Source: Chiloscyllium plagiosum
Lineage: Eukaryota
Length of the DNA stretch: 64,000 nt
Reading direction: 5' to 3'
NCBI RefSeq assembly: GCF_004010195.1
Contig: NC_057749.1
Coordinates: forward strand, 19,739,946-19,803,945
The position numbers were made by a program, and so were the translations under genes. Below, piece after piece: positions 26,448-39,447 of this stretch (positions within the stretch are counted from its first letter, which is position 1; each line of letters opens with the position of its first letter). The notes under the pieces were generated by a model. The model did no database searches. It worked only from the letters and a program-made list of their open reading frames with translations, and was not told the origin of the DNA.

Positions 26448-26594
26448 ACAACAAATGCTGGAGATCACAGCAGGTCAGACAGCATCCATGGAGAGACAGC
26501 AAGCTGACATTTTGAGTCTAGATGACTTTTCATCAGAGCTTCAGCATTTGTTATTTCAGTACAGATTTTAGCATCTGCAGTAATTTGTTCCTAC
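26448..26594. mobile_element. Mini Penelope-derived element with degenerate hammerhead core
   Basis: 13-bp direct repeat taattcagtgaga at 26435-26447 and 26595-26607; minus strand agct-CUGAUGA-aaagtcatctagactc-aaaa-tgtc-agct. Confidence 0.7.
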
Positions 26595-27329
26595 TAATTC
26601 AGTGAGAGATTGACCAAGTGTGGATTGGAAAATACAAGTCTAGAGATTGTGAAGGCATGGATGAAGGTTTCAACAGCCAATGAGCAGAAGCAGAGGTGCA
26701 TATGGGACATCATTAAAGTTGATTAATGTCTTTATCAAATCAGCCATATGTCTTGCAGCACACACAGGTTGGCAACATCTGATCTAAAGGAATTTTTGCA
26801 AGCCCTAAGGAGAAGTGAAAGTCTTGAACATGGCATGTTCCTGTCTGATACTTTAACTCTGCAATTATTGTCTGGGAGAGAATGGCAGGTGACACTGTTG
26901 GAGATTGCTTTCTCAGGTCATAGCAGATGTAGAGAACTTCAGGGTAACTATTACTCTGGTGAGGAGTTCAGAACAAAGGTCAGTAGAATTAGAGCCAGGC
27001 TGTTCAGGGATTTTGTTAGGAAACTGTTCTTCACACAAAAGGTTAGTGTAAATCTGGAAACCTCTGACTTGAAAAAGAGGTTGAAGGGATCAATTGAAAA
27101 TCTCAAAGCTGAGATTGACAAATTTTGTTTGGCTTTTAAGAGTAATGCAACCAATGTAGGCAAATGGAATTAAGCAAACTGAAAGCTTTTGAATAAAACA
27201 CTGAGGTTCCTTTCTGGAAGGAGATAATTGAAGTGGGATGTTTGAATTTGATCTCATCTTGGCTAGATTGCATTTGGAATAAGGGGAACTGTTTTAAATT
27301 CTTTATTAAGTGATGTATCCAAAGAGACT

Positions 27330-28440
27330 GGAAGAGATGCCAAAAAAAAGTCAGAATACCAATGGGCTCAGTGCTGAAGGTAATATATTGACAGGTATAG
27401 AGAATTGGCTCATGGGCAGGAAATGGGGATAAGGGTTCTTTTTCAGGGTGGTGACCTGGGATGGTGGGGCTCCACAAGGATCAGTGCTGGGACTGCAACT
27501 ATTTACAACATATATTAATGACTTGGAAGAAGGTTGTACATGTAACCAAATTTGGAGATGACACTAAAATAGCTGGAAAGGTTGTGAGAGGGTTATAAAC
27601 AGTTGACAGAGAGGCATTGATAGGTTAAGTAAGTGGACAAAAGTTGGTAAATGCAGTAAAATATAGCAAAATGCGAATTTGTTCCTTTGAAAAGAACAAA
27701 ATGGAACCTTATTTAAATGGAGCCAAACTGCAGAAAGCTGCAACACAGAAGGATTTCGGGGTACTTGTGCATGAAATTAAGAAAACTAGCACATAGGTGC
27801 AGCAAGTAATCAGGAAGTCTAATGGAATGTTGGCCCTTATTTTAAGGAGGTTGAAGTGTAAGACAGAGAAGTCTTACTGCAACTGCATAAGGTGCTGGTG
27901 AGACCACATTCAGGCTACTGTGAGCAGTTTTGACCCCCTTATTAAAGGAAAGATCATTTCATTAGAGGCAGTTAAGAGAAGGCTCATTGGGATGATTCCT
28001 GGCATGGAGTGATTGTCTTATGAGCAAAGATTAAATAAGTTGGGACTCTATTCTTAACTTTAAAAGAATGAGAGGTGATCTCTTTGAAACATAGGATTCT
28101 TAAGGAGCTTGACAGGGTAAATGCTGAGAGGATGTTTCCCCTCATGGGAGAGTCTAGAACCAGAGAGCAAATAAAGGGGATGCCAATTTAAGAATGAAAG
28201 AAGAAGGAATGTCTTCTCTCAGAGGAGTATGAATCTTGGAATGCCTTGCCACAGAGACCTGTGGGGCAGAGTGTCTGTGAATATTTAAGGTTGAGATAGG
28301 TAGATTTTTGATCAGTAGGGGAATCAACGGTTATGGGGAAAGAGCAGGAAATAAGGGATGTCAGATCAGCCATGATCCTGTTGAATGATGGAGTAGACTT
28401 GAAGGGCTGAATGACCAATTCCTGTTCCTATTTCTTATGG
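27330..28440 (+). mobile_element. Decayed CR1 LINE 3' part
   Basis: GAPQGSVLGLQLFTTYINDL, gtgagaccacatt, terminal tcagccatgatc..cctgttcctatttcttatg. Confidence 0.8.
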
Positions 28441-28827
28441 CCTTGTTGTGATCTTTTAATGCTGGTTTGCAGATAGGGATGGAGCTGGTTTCCTCAATGT
28501 TTTGGGCTTTCTCTGGTTTATTCTAATGACAGAGATATTTTTAATTTACAAAATGTCCTTCATGTTTCATTTTAATCAAAATCATTTCCTTCACAATCAC
28601 ATTAATGAACGAGTTCTATTATTGAAATGATGGTAGTGCAGCTTTAGTTGAATTGACAATCTCTGTCTCTTCCCATTAGTCTCTGTGTGGAGAAGTGTAA
28701 CAGGTTTGATTTTAATCATATTCATCTTTATCAGTTAACAGTGTCCCCACCTGATGATTTATCCTATCCAGTGCTCTATAGTATTTTGATTGTTGAAGAT
28801 GTGGCTGGTGTCCTGTGAATATGTGCT

Positions 28828-29780
28828 GTGGCTTAGTTAGCACGCTTGCCTCCTAAATCATAAGGATGTGGCTGCCTATCCCACTTGAGCATAAGAATCA
28901 AGGCTGACTCTCCATTACAGCGCTGAGGAAGGGCTACACAGTTGGAGGTATGTCTTTCGGATGAGACATTACATTGCAAGCCTGTCTGCCCTCAACAATG
29001 AATGCTAGAGATCTTTAAAAAGTCATTGACAAGTTTTGGTGGTCACTAGTGAGACCAGCATTTATACCCCATCCCTAATTGTCCTTGACAAGGTGATGGT
29101 GAGCTACTTTCTTGAATTGCTGAGTTGTGCTGCAGGTATACTCATTGTACATTCATAGAGCAGGAAACCATGATTTTGACCCAACAACCTATGACAGTAT
29201 TGGTACACAATCCTTTATCCAAAATTCTGAAATCCATGAAGCTCCAAAATCCGAAATTCTTTTTGTGGAGTGTGGAGCGTCATTTTGGCATGTGAATAGG
29301 TGACCCAACTCCACACCCACTCGAACCACGTCACTGAGATGTGACATGGCGTGTGGCCCAGCACTGGCAGGCATCAATTGTGTCTCAGTGTGTGTGCTAT
29401 CCACACGTAGGTCTGCTGTTAGGTAATTTTTTTAATTTCACTGTGAAAATGTCATTTATTCCGAAATCCAAAAAATTCCAAATTCTGGAAAACAATTGGC
29501 CCCAAGGATTTCGGATAAAAGATTGTGTACCTGTACTTTAAGTAAGAGTCTGGGGAGTTCTGCTGGTGTCTTGGCCGATGTGCAACCAACCAACATCAGA
29601 AAAGCACAACTTATCTTGTCATTATCACATGCTGTTTATGGAAGGTTACTGTACTCAAATTGGCTGCTGTATTTCCCATGTTAGAAGTGTGACTAACCTT
29701 CAAAAATTACTTCATTGGTTGTAAAGTGCTTTGAAATGCACAGGCACCATGAGAAATGCTGTATAAATGTGAGTCTTTTT
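28828..29780 (+). mobile_element. Deu-domain SINE (SacSINE1/AmnSINE1-like), split by a LINE tail and a MITE
   Basis: 5' part ..ggaggtatgtctttcggatgagacatt.. (28828-29000); 3' part aaattggctgctgtatttcc..cttcaaaaattacttcattggttgtaaagtgctttg (29545-29780). Further fragments at ~54125-54290 (+) and ~1130-1225 (-). Confidence 0.65.
29200..29533. mobile_element. Tc1/mariner-type MITE
   Basis: Inverted termini ggtacacaatcctttatcc ... ggataaaagattgtgtacc, TA on both flanks. Confidence 0.8.
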
Positions 29781-30466
29781 ATTCAAGTAGAATTCTCTAC
29801 TTGCTTTTAAGTTGATTAGCAGATATGAAAGCACAAAGTCTTTTTCTCACTTCTTTATGATATTGGGAAAGTTTTATTGCTTCAACTTGAGGTACTCAAG
29901 ATGTAGACTAAATGGCTCCATTCTCTGTCTGATAAATTTGCTTTATCCACCTTGATCAGTGGTGTCATAAAAATAGAAGTACTGGGCCTGGACAAACCCC
30001 AGCAATCAGATCTGAAGACTTCAACAAGAGTTAGGGTAACTGCGGGCCTGAATACTTTAAAGTAATGCCATTAGTTAGTAACCCTAGTGTGGATCATATG
30101 AAACCTCTCGGGTCAATATTCCCAAGGGATCCGTATCCTAGACAATTGTCAGCTTTTAGGAATAAAACACAAATGATTGATTCCTCAACAATTCATGGAT
30201 CACAGAATCCTTAGGCAGCTAATTGATTATGGGGCAGGTTTGATGGGTCAAATAGTGAACTCCTAAAGTCCCCAGGCTAAAAGATTAGGAATGCAGATTA
30301 GTAATTAGCCCAAAACAGAAGAATGTAGATTAGTAATCACAAGACTGACCATAGGACAGGCAAAAAGATGTGGGTGGATATGGGGAGTATTTGCAGTGCT
30401 GTGGCTCTGCAGTTTGTTGAATTCTGGTTGTCTGATCGGGAGTGTCCTCTACAATGCTGCCTGCAG

Positions 30467-30523
30467 GAGGAAGCGACCGTGGAGATGGAGTTGCGAATCG
30501 GATTGCTGGGAGACTGGAAAGAG
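30467..30523 (+). CDS. AP3B2: Probable alternative 57-nt in-frame exon: EEATVEMELRIGLLGDWKE
   Basis: ctgcag acceptor, GAG|gtgtgg donor; 57 nt, phase 0->0, no stop. It resembles in length and sequence the 19-aa insert I recall at this position in the long human AP3B2 isoform (EEDLSLIETHVGLLGEYTE). Confidence 0.8.
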
Positions 30524-33500
30524 GTGTGGGTGTGTTGTTTGCAGTGCTGTGTTTTTATGTCAGGGAATCTGTGATTATTCATTTACTCGGGTATTCACCC
30601 AGAAAGTGCGATGTTGAAAGCGCAGCCTGCTCAAGATGATGGTCCTGTGGCGCAGTAAGTGGCATCCCCATTTCTAGAGCAAAAGCTTCAGATTTAAGTG
30701 CCATCTCAGGACTTGAAAGCAAAGGAAGGTGGCCCAAACAAGTTGATTATCAATTCATAAATCTTCCTCATATGATAGGTGGAAAGAACAGGCATGTTTC
30801 CTGGTTGACCAGAACTACATGATAGTTGCAGTGCAACAAGCTTCCTATGTTAAAAGACTGCACAGGCACGTTCTTGCTGTGACCAAGCATTATCCTTATT
30901 CTGAGGGACTACAATACACAACCTATCTATTGCCACATCAAACTGCCACTACAGTCATAAATGCTTTGTAACTGCAGGCTTTTTACTTGACAATATCAAT
31001 GGCATTAAATGAACGTATTGATTGAGATAACCTAAATATTGAATCCATTGAACCAGGTAACTACAGCATTAGTCACCATAATAGGTAGTACTTCTGCTTT
31101 GAAACAAAGTGTTTTGGCCCATCTCCCTTGTCGCTAAATCTTGGTGCTATTTAGGCACATAAATACAGCTGACCACACTAACATGAAGCTTTGTGTTCTT
31201 CACTTGCTTGTTTCATATGTTACATTGGCATCAGCATCTACCTGTTGTTGTTATTGCCATCTGTTCTAATGAGAAACCATGTTAGAAATGAATGCATTTG
31301 TTTGTGCTGACTTCAGTGTCTTCGGCTCTATCACAATTACCACAAGAACTAACCAAGCTGGTCAGAGAAGAATTCTACCCATTTTCTGTTTTAGGAAGGA
31401 GCAACATCTTCTTGCTTTGAGGAAAAACAGTCTGTTATCTGTTATTTTCTGCTTTGAGATCACCTCTTAAGGGTGGGTAAGAAGAGGCTTTGAAACTGAG
31501 AGTGGGCATTTGACAAAGAGCAGTGATTAGAACATAGAACTCTACAGCACAGGATTGGGCCCTTCGCCCCACAATGTTGTGCCGCCCATGACGCCAAATT
31601 AATCCAATCTCTTCTGCTTGTCCTTGGATCATAACGCTTCATTCCTTTCATATTCATGGGCTTATGTAAAAGTCCTTTAAATGCCCCATACGTATCAAAC
31701 TCCACCACCATCCTTGGCAACATGTTTCAGACACTGATCGTTCTCTGTGTAAAAAAGCTTGCCACCCACCTTTGAACTTTCCCCCTCTGACCTTAAAGGG
31801 GGCAGAAGACTCTGCAAATTGTATATTTTCTATTCAATATAAAAACAGATTCATAAGTGTGTTCATTTTTTTTGGAATGTATCATAATTTATTCATACAA
31901 ATGCATCAACCTTTACATATTATAACATAAATCCTACAAAAGAGCGTAGTTATTTGAAAAATTGTAATTTGTGGTATAAAACATCTTGGTGGTCTTCTGA
32001 GAACTAATACTTGATATGAATCAAACAATATCAGTAGGAACTTAATTCTTGCTCAGAAACTCTGCATGGCTTGTGCTTATGACAATTCATGCCATGCTCA
32101 TGAGAACTCTGTTGTTTATATCTTGTGTAAGGAGTTGTAAGTATTAGGGATGAGAGTTCTGGCTTGTTACCTCATGCGGCTCAGCTATGGTATTATTGGG
32201 CCAGCCTCTAGTCTGCCTCAAGGACCTTCCAGTGGCTAGAACTCCACATTTTGAAATCCACTGCTCTGCCTCACTGACACAATGCCCATTTTGTTTCCTG
32301 GCACAGCCAATTTCTTATGTTTATTCATTTAGATGCTTTTCAGCTGTAGATTCCATGCCAAACAGTGAGATAGAAATCAAGACAGGCAGCTTTTCTTTGT
32401 GGAGGGAGTTTATTAATTTCCTCAGTCTTAGAATTTTCATCTCACGTTCAGTGTCGCACTCACAGCTGCTCCTTATTTCAATGTAGATAATTTCCAGTCA
32501 ACCTGTTAAGAGATGTATAACATCTCTGGAGCAGATCAGATTTGAGTCTGGGTCTTCTGGTTCAGAGGTAGGAACACTACCACTTCATCCCAAGACACCC
32601 ATACCCTATTTATATGTGCTCAAATATAATTAATATCCACCAGTTACTTCTCTGGTGGATATTAATCAGCAATGATATTATAATAATGAAGCAAATTTCT
32701 TGTACATTAATGACATTATGATGTCTGGAGTATGACCCAATCACTGTTGGTTAACAGAAATCTTAATAAAGGAGTTATAAGATGCTAGGTTTTTTGTTCT
32801 CTAGATGACCGATATTAGAATCTTTTAAATCTTTGGTTTTGTTGATTAATAATTAGTACATAAACTGTGAATGTTTGTAAGTTAGGAGAAATATAGAACT
32901 TAGAAGGTTAAGGGGTGGTCTGATTGAATTTTTCAAGATATTAACAGGAAAAGATTGTGTAGATAAAGATGAGCTTTTCCATTGGTTGGGGATGCTAGAA
33001 CTATGGGGCATAGCCTGGCCCTAATTCTCAGACTATTCAAGAGAGATGTTAGGAAGCACTTTTACACACAAAGGGTGGTAGATGTTTAGAACTTTCTTCC
33101 ACAAATTGCATTAGATGCAGGATCAGTTGTTAATTTTAAATCTGCGATTGATAAACTTTTGTCAAGCAAAAGTATTAAAGGATATAGGCCAAAGGCAAGT
33201 ACATGGAGTTAGGCCACATATCAGCCGTGATCCCATTGAATATGAAATAGACTCAAGGGGCTAATGGTCTACTTCTGTACCTATGTAAAACCACATGTTG
33301 CTCCAGGAATGATTTAATTTACTCTCCATCTCCAAACAACAGGGCTGCTCCTAATTAATAGCAAATTTATAAAGGATTGATTCTGAACAAAGGTCTGGTT
33401 TGGTCATAGCTAAAGTATTGCAATCAGCTCTAGTCACTACTCTTTAGAAAGGATGTGAGGATCCTTGGGAAGGTGTAGAGGAAATTTACCAGAATCATTC

Positions 33501-34539
33501 CAGGGTTGAGACATTTTAGTGACAAGGTGAAGTTGGGCAAACTGTTTTTTTTTAACTTATAGATTCGTAATGTTGTACAGCATGGAAACAGACCCTTTAG
33601 TCCAATTTGTCCATGCCAACCAAGTTTCCCAAGCTAAACTAGTCCCATTTGCCTGTATTTGCCCTTATATCCCTGTAAACCTTTCCTATTTATATACCTG
33701 ACTAAATATTTTAATCTTGTAATCTTCCTGCATCTACTAGTTTGTCTGGCCGTTCATTCCACATATGAATCTCCCAAAGAAGATTTAGGGAAGATTTGAT
33801 ACAGCTGAACAATATTATGATAGATTGAGATAAGGTAAACAAGGAGAGTTGCCAGTTGCCAGTGATTATTACTTGACAAGTAATGCCCTATTGGTATCAC
33901 AATTCATCATATTAATATTCAGACTCCCATATTAATAACCAAACAAACTAGCCCTCGGGAAGATTCAACATGAATGGATTCAGCTTGCTGTTTGCTGCAA
34001 ATGATCTACATGTTGCAAATGACCAAAAAGCAGCTCAGGGCATGATCCACAAGCATCAGTCACATGCACACTTTCTCTACAAACATTGGCATGCAGTATC
34101 CAACCACCTCTCATGGTCATCTTAGCACCTCTCTGTTGCACTGACAAGCATTCTGGAAGCACAACTTTGCACTGCTGTACACACTGGTAAGAGCATTGGG
34201 GGCTGCAGCAGGAGCACTTTGTGCACAGACACAAACACCAACCCATGGATTAGGCCAGGCTGCATCCTCAAGGCTGCTTGTTTGCTCTCATAGTACACAT
34301 TCACTTTGCAGCTACCAAGATGCCTTTTCTTGTCTTGCAGTGTCAATTAGTGCATTGCACAATAAGCAGTTTTCTCTCCACAGATGCTGCCAGACCTACT
34401 GAGTTTCTCCAGCAACTGCTGTTTTTGCTTGTTTCAGGCAGTCCTCAGTTAAGGGGGAACATATCTTGCAATGTGCCATGTAAATCTCATGCCTGCTTTA
34501 TGTTCCACCAGCTTACTCAGCAAACACACAACATATGTG

Positions 34540-34825
34540 GGCGGCACGGTGGCACAGTGGTTAGCACTGCTGCCTCACAGCGCCAGAGACCCGGGTTCAA
34601 TTCCTGCCTCAGGCTGTGTGGAGTTTGCACGTTCTCACCGTGTCTGCATGGGTTTCCTCCGGGTGCTCCGGTTTCCTCCCACACTCCAAAAGATGTGCAG
34701 GTCAGGTGAATTGGCTGTGCTAAATTTGCCCGTAGTGTTAGGTAAGGGGTAAATGTAGGGGTATGGGTGGGTTACGCTTCGGCGGGCCTGTTTCCACACT
34801 GTAAGTAATCTAATCTAATCTAATA
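34540..34825 (+). mobile_element. V-SINE (HE1-like), young copy
   Basis: Intact A/B boxes, CpGs retained, (taatc)n tail. Confidence 0.88.
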
Positions 34826-37532
34826 TGTGTTAAGCACGCAGCCATGTCTCAAAGTCTTATGGAAGTAGTTGTCACTGATGTCCAGGCACCCATCGGTCTG
34901 GAATCCCAGCACAACAGGAATGATAACTAAGTTTATAGTTGACACACAGATTGGCCAAGTGGTTGACGGTGAGGTCTTAGGTTACAGAAGGATTTAAATG
35001 ATTGGTCAGATGGGCAGATTGGTGGCAGATGGAATGTAACCCTGGTAAGTATGAGATGGTGCAGTTTGGACGAAGTAACAAGATAAGGGAGAAATCAAGA
35101 ATGGCAGGAGAAGTAGGAAGCTCAGAGGAACAGTGTGATCTTGGAGTGTTTGTTCACAACTCACAGAAGGTGGCAGGGCAGGTTAATAGGGTAGGTAAGA
35201 AGGTATACGGGACACTTGCCTTTATCAGAGTCAAGAGTGTGGTGCTGGAAAAACACAGCAGATCAGGCAGCATCCTAGGAGCAGGAGAATCGACACTTCG
35301 GGCATAAGCCCTTCATCAGGACTGAGGCTTGTGAGCTGGGGTACTGAGAGATAAATGGGAGGGGGCATGGGGCTGGGGGTTAGTTAGCTGGGAATGTGAT
35401 AGGTAAATGAAAGTGGGAGTGAAAAGTTGATAGGTCAGAGCATAGACTGGAACAGCAGGGAGGTTATGTACAGACGTTTTGTTAGGCTACAGCTGGAGTA
35501 CATTTCTGGTCTCTGCTTTTCCCGAAGGATGTGATTGTACTGGAGGAGGGGCAGAAGAGATTCACCAGAGTGTTGACAGGGATAGAGCACTTAAGCTATG
35601 AAGAGAGGCTGGATAAACTCAGGTTGTTTTCTTTGGAACAGAGAAGGTTGAGTGGGGACCTGACAGAGGTGCATAAGATTATGAGGGACATGGAAAGAGT
35701 GAATAGAAAACAGCTGTTCCCCTTAGTTGAACAGTCATTAAGCAAGGGCGCATAATTGTAAGTTGGAAGGCAGGAGGTTTAGAGCAGATTTGAGGAAACA
35801 GAATTTCCCCAGAGATCTGGAATGCACTGCCTAAGAGGATAGTTGTTGCGGTAAGCTTACAACCTTTAAAAAGTACTTGGATGTGCATTTGAAATGCCCA
35901 CTGCATTCTAGACGCCTGTCTGCTGTAGTTGCTCTGCCTGTGCATTTGGATGAAGTCTTTGTTTGCCAGCACCACAGATTCATCCCCTGCTTAGGGCTGA
36001 TCAGGTAACTGGTATCTGGCAGACCTCCAACTGCCAACAGTCTGGGTAATTTCTTCCATAACCAGCTGAAATGCTGTTGTATTGAGATGCTCGCCAACTT
36101 GTGTTCCTACACTCTCTATGCCTAATGTTTCCATTTAGGCATCATTACCCAAGCGGTTAGTAGTGTGCAAGTGACAACATTTCTGAGGCCCCATTTGTCT
36201 CGCGCTCAGAGCTTCAGGAGGTGCTTCTGGTCGAACCAGGCAGTTCTCCATAGACAATAGAGTCTTGTGAGTTAGCTAAGGGAAGTGTGGTATTAGCCCT
36301 AGTGGAATAGGGAGAGTTATTTACCTTCTAGAAGTACTACTGGCTGTTCTTTTGCAGCCTGGAAATGGCACTGCCTCAAGTGGTGACCGTGGACCAAGCT
36401 GGTAGCATTTTGGCATGACTTCCTTTGCTGGTCTTCCAGAAGAGGACTCCTCTCCTTCAATCACCCTATCAGGACCTCCAGGTCCCTTGGAGAATCATGA
36501 TGCCATCTTTTCTTTTCTGCCATGTTCTGACTCTGCCCTTCGAGATGCAGTGCAACTTTAGAATGCCAGAGCTCGTCCAGGTCTTCTAAAGTCCAGGTAT
36601 GGGCTCAAGAGTTGCCAGTCATTTGCAGATATCCATTGAGTGGCAAGCTACTCTGGGAATAGCACGTGGTAAGATGAGTTAGAAATGAGACACAAGATTT
36701 GCAGTAGGAGTGTAATAGTTCATTAATGCGGTGAGTTTAGCAAGATACAATGAGAAATCCCACTTGGCCTCACTGTGAAAAACCCTCCAAAAACCTCAAC
36801 GCAATTCAGACTTAGTCAAAAGAAACTTAAGATTCAGCCAAGGAGTCTCCCATTTAGAATGGAGATAAGAAAGATTTCTTTTGTATTCACTTCTGCAGAG
36901 AATATTGTTGATTAAATATATTCAAAGTTAGAGTAAAGTTTTGATTGACCAGAGTGAGAAGTTATGGGACCAAGCCAGAAAGTGGAGTTGAGACCACAAT
37001 CCAATCAGCCATGATCTTATTGAATGGAGAAGCAGACTTCAGGGGCCAAATGGCCTACTTCTCCTTCCAAATTTTATGTTCTTGCCAATCAAGCTGGACA
37101 TTATTACACTGAATTTGTTACACATGGAAAGGCTGGGTAATTTTGACGCTTTGTATCTCAACATAATGCATGTGTCCTGGGCTGGGAAGCATGGGCCTTG
37201 TGTGATTTGTGTGTCCTCTTACCTGCATGTTGCTTAGGACTTTTGCACAGACATTTTGAGAACTGACAATGACTTCACATAATCTGACTTAACAGCATTT
37301 GGTAGAAATTCAAGGTTGTATTCAGTGTTGTCTTGTGCATCTTCCACTGTCTGTGCCCAACTACACACCAATAATGAGTTTAATAGTGGACCGTGAGAGT
37401 TATAATTTACAAGACGAGCCTCTAAATCTCTCTGTCACATCCTGATCCAAAACTACGGCCTGCCTTATGGTTTGATTCCCCTTGTCACTTTGTGCAAATT
37501 GGATGAATCATTACTTAATTCCTTCTTCCCAG

Positions 37533-37644
37533 GTTTCAGAATGGACTAAACCCATTGGCAGAGAAAAGAGAAAGGAGAAGGTCGAAAAACCATTCTATTC
37601 TGATTCCGAGGGGGAGTCTGAACCTACTGAATCAGCAGACAGTC
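37533..37644 (+). CDS. AP3B2: AP-3 beta-2 hinge exon: [37 protein letters not shown]
   Basis: ccttcttcccag acceptor, C|gtgagt donor; 112 nt, phase 0->1; EWTK and [17 protein letters not shown] are AP3B2-like. Confidence 0.93.
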
Positions 37645-37904
37645 GTGAGTAATGAGTGCTGGAGGTTGCAGATGACGGAAGTTGTAATCTCACACAGTTG
37701 CCTCAACTGGAAATGTTCGCAATTTATTTTGTTAGCACATCTTTTTAACTGCTTTTAGGTGTTGTTGATATTAGATTAATTAATTAATTTCTTAACAAAA
37801 GTATAGAACCATGAGGTCCTAAGTTTTCTAATTATCTCCCTTTATCCCTCCACTTGATTTTTTCCCCTAAAGACCCTCCTAAAAAATCCACCTCTGATCA
37901 TTTA

Positions 37905-38568
37905 GAATTAGAATCTCTACGGCCCAGCAAGTCCACACCAACCCTATGAAGGGTAACCCATCCAGACCCATTCCCCTATTACTCTACATTTCCCCCTAAC
38001 TACATTTCCCCCTAACTACATTTCCCCCTAACCTAACCCACATGTCCCTGAACTCTTTTGGGCAATTTAGCATGTCCATTTCATCTAACCTGCACATCTT
38101 TGGACTGTAGAAAGAAACCGGAGCACTCTGAGGAAACCCACGCAGACGTGGGGAGAATGTACAAACTCCACACAGTCACCCAAGGCTGGAATTGAACGCG
38201 GGTCCCTGGCTTTGTGAGGCAGTAGTGCTGACCACTGTGCCGCCCCTTTTAAAAAAAATTAAAAATCTACCTCTAATCATTTAACCCACTATCTCCTTAG
38301 ATTAGATTACTTACAGTGTGGAAACGGGCTCTCCGGCCCAACAAGTCCACACCGACCCGCTACCCACCCATACATTTACCCCTTCACCTAACACTACGGG
38401 CAATTTAGCCTGGCCAATTCACCTGACCTGCACATCTTTGGACTGTGGGAGGAAACCCATGAAGACACAGGGAGAATGTGCAAACTCCACACAGTCAGTC
38501 GCCTGAGGCAGGAATTGAACCCGGGTATCTGGTGCTGTGAGGCAGCAGTGCTAACCACCGTGCCGCCC
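37905..38568 (-). mobile_element. Two tandem V-SINE copies (~37905-38245, ~38295-38568)
   Basis: Both are reverse complements of the SINE at 253-568; the first contains a 3x 16-bp repeat ctacatttccccctaa (~37985-38032). Confidence 0.85.
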
Positions 38569-39447
38569 TTAATGTGGCTCACCGTCATATTTTGTTTCAT
38601 GATGAAGTGCCTTGGGATAGTTTATTATGGTAAAGACACAATATTAATATAAGTTGTTATTGTTGAGTTGAGGATAGTCTTCACAATAGAAGATATAAGT
38701 TACATATCAAAATTAGAGGGTAAATGTGGGGCAAATAAGATTGAGGAAATTAGAGTAATTAATATCAGCAGAGACAAAATACTGGAGCAGTTCAAAGGAC
38801 TTCAAGAGGACATTAGGTCATTATTTAGATGTGGAGTTCAAGGATATGGGGAAAAAGCAGGAGATTGGCACCAAATAATGATCGTTTGAAGAACTGCAAA
38901 GACAGTAGGCTAAATGGTCACCTTCTGTGCTGCAACAATTCTGATCCTGTGTGATTTGAACCTGACAAATCTCTGTGACCTATTAGCTTCATCCTACGAG
39001 TTCTGAAACAGAGGGAGTGGATGTGCTGGCTGTGGTTGCTTGAAATTTGGCAAATGTAACAATGCTTTCAGAAAAGGGAGAGAGAGATGGAGAGAGAGAT
39101 AGAGAGAGAGAGAGAGAAAAAGAGAGAATGGAACAGACCAGTTAGCCTGCCATAGTGATCAGGAAAGTGCTGGGAACTATTACTAAAGAATTCTTAAAAA
39201 TTCATTTAAAAAAGCATAGTATGATTAGAACAAGTTAATACTTGTTTTTGGAAGGGAAATCATATTTAACAAATATAGTAGTGTGTTTGAGAATGTAACT
39301 GGCAGAGGAACCAGTTGGTATCGTACACTTGAACTTTCAGAAGGCAGTCAATGAGGTGGCCAGGCAAAAAGGTCAGTCTACAAGATAAGGGCTCATGGAA
39401 TTAGCGGTGATGTATTAGCACAGATATAGAACTGGTCTCCATACAAG

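Noticed and set aside
29402..29424. Peptide HVGLLLG resembling the human AP3B2 alternative-exon sequence HVGLLG
   Set aside because: Lies inside a MITE with no suitable acceptor or 57-nt geometry; 30467-30523 fits far better.
33950..36660. Possible old RTE-like LINE fragments (~33950-34350, ~35905-36660)
   Set aside because: Too degenerate to assign by eye.
37985..38032. Short direct repeats (16 bp x3) as a CRISPR-like or functional array
   Set aside because: No spacers; slippage inside a SINE in a vertebrate genome.
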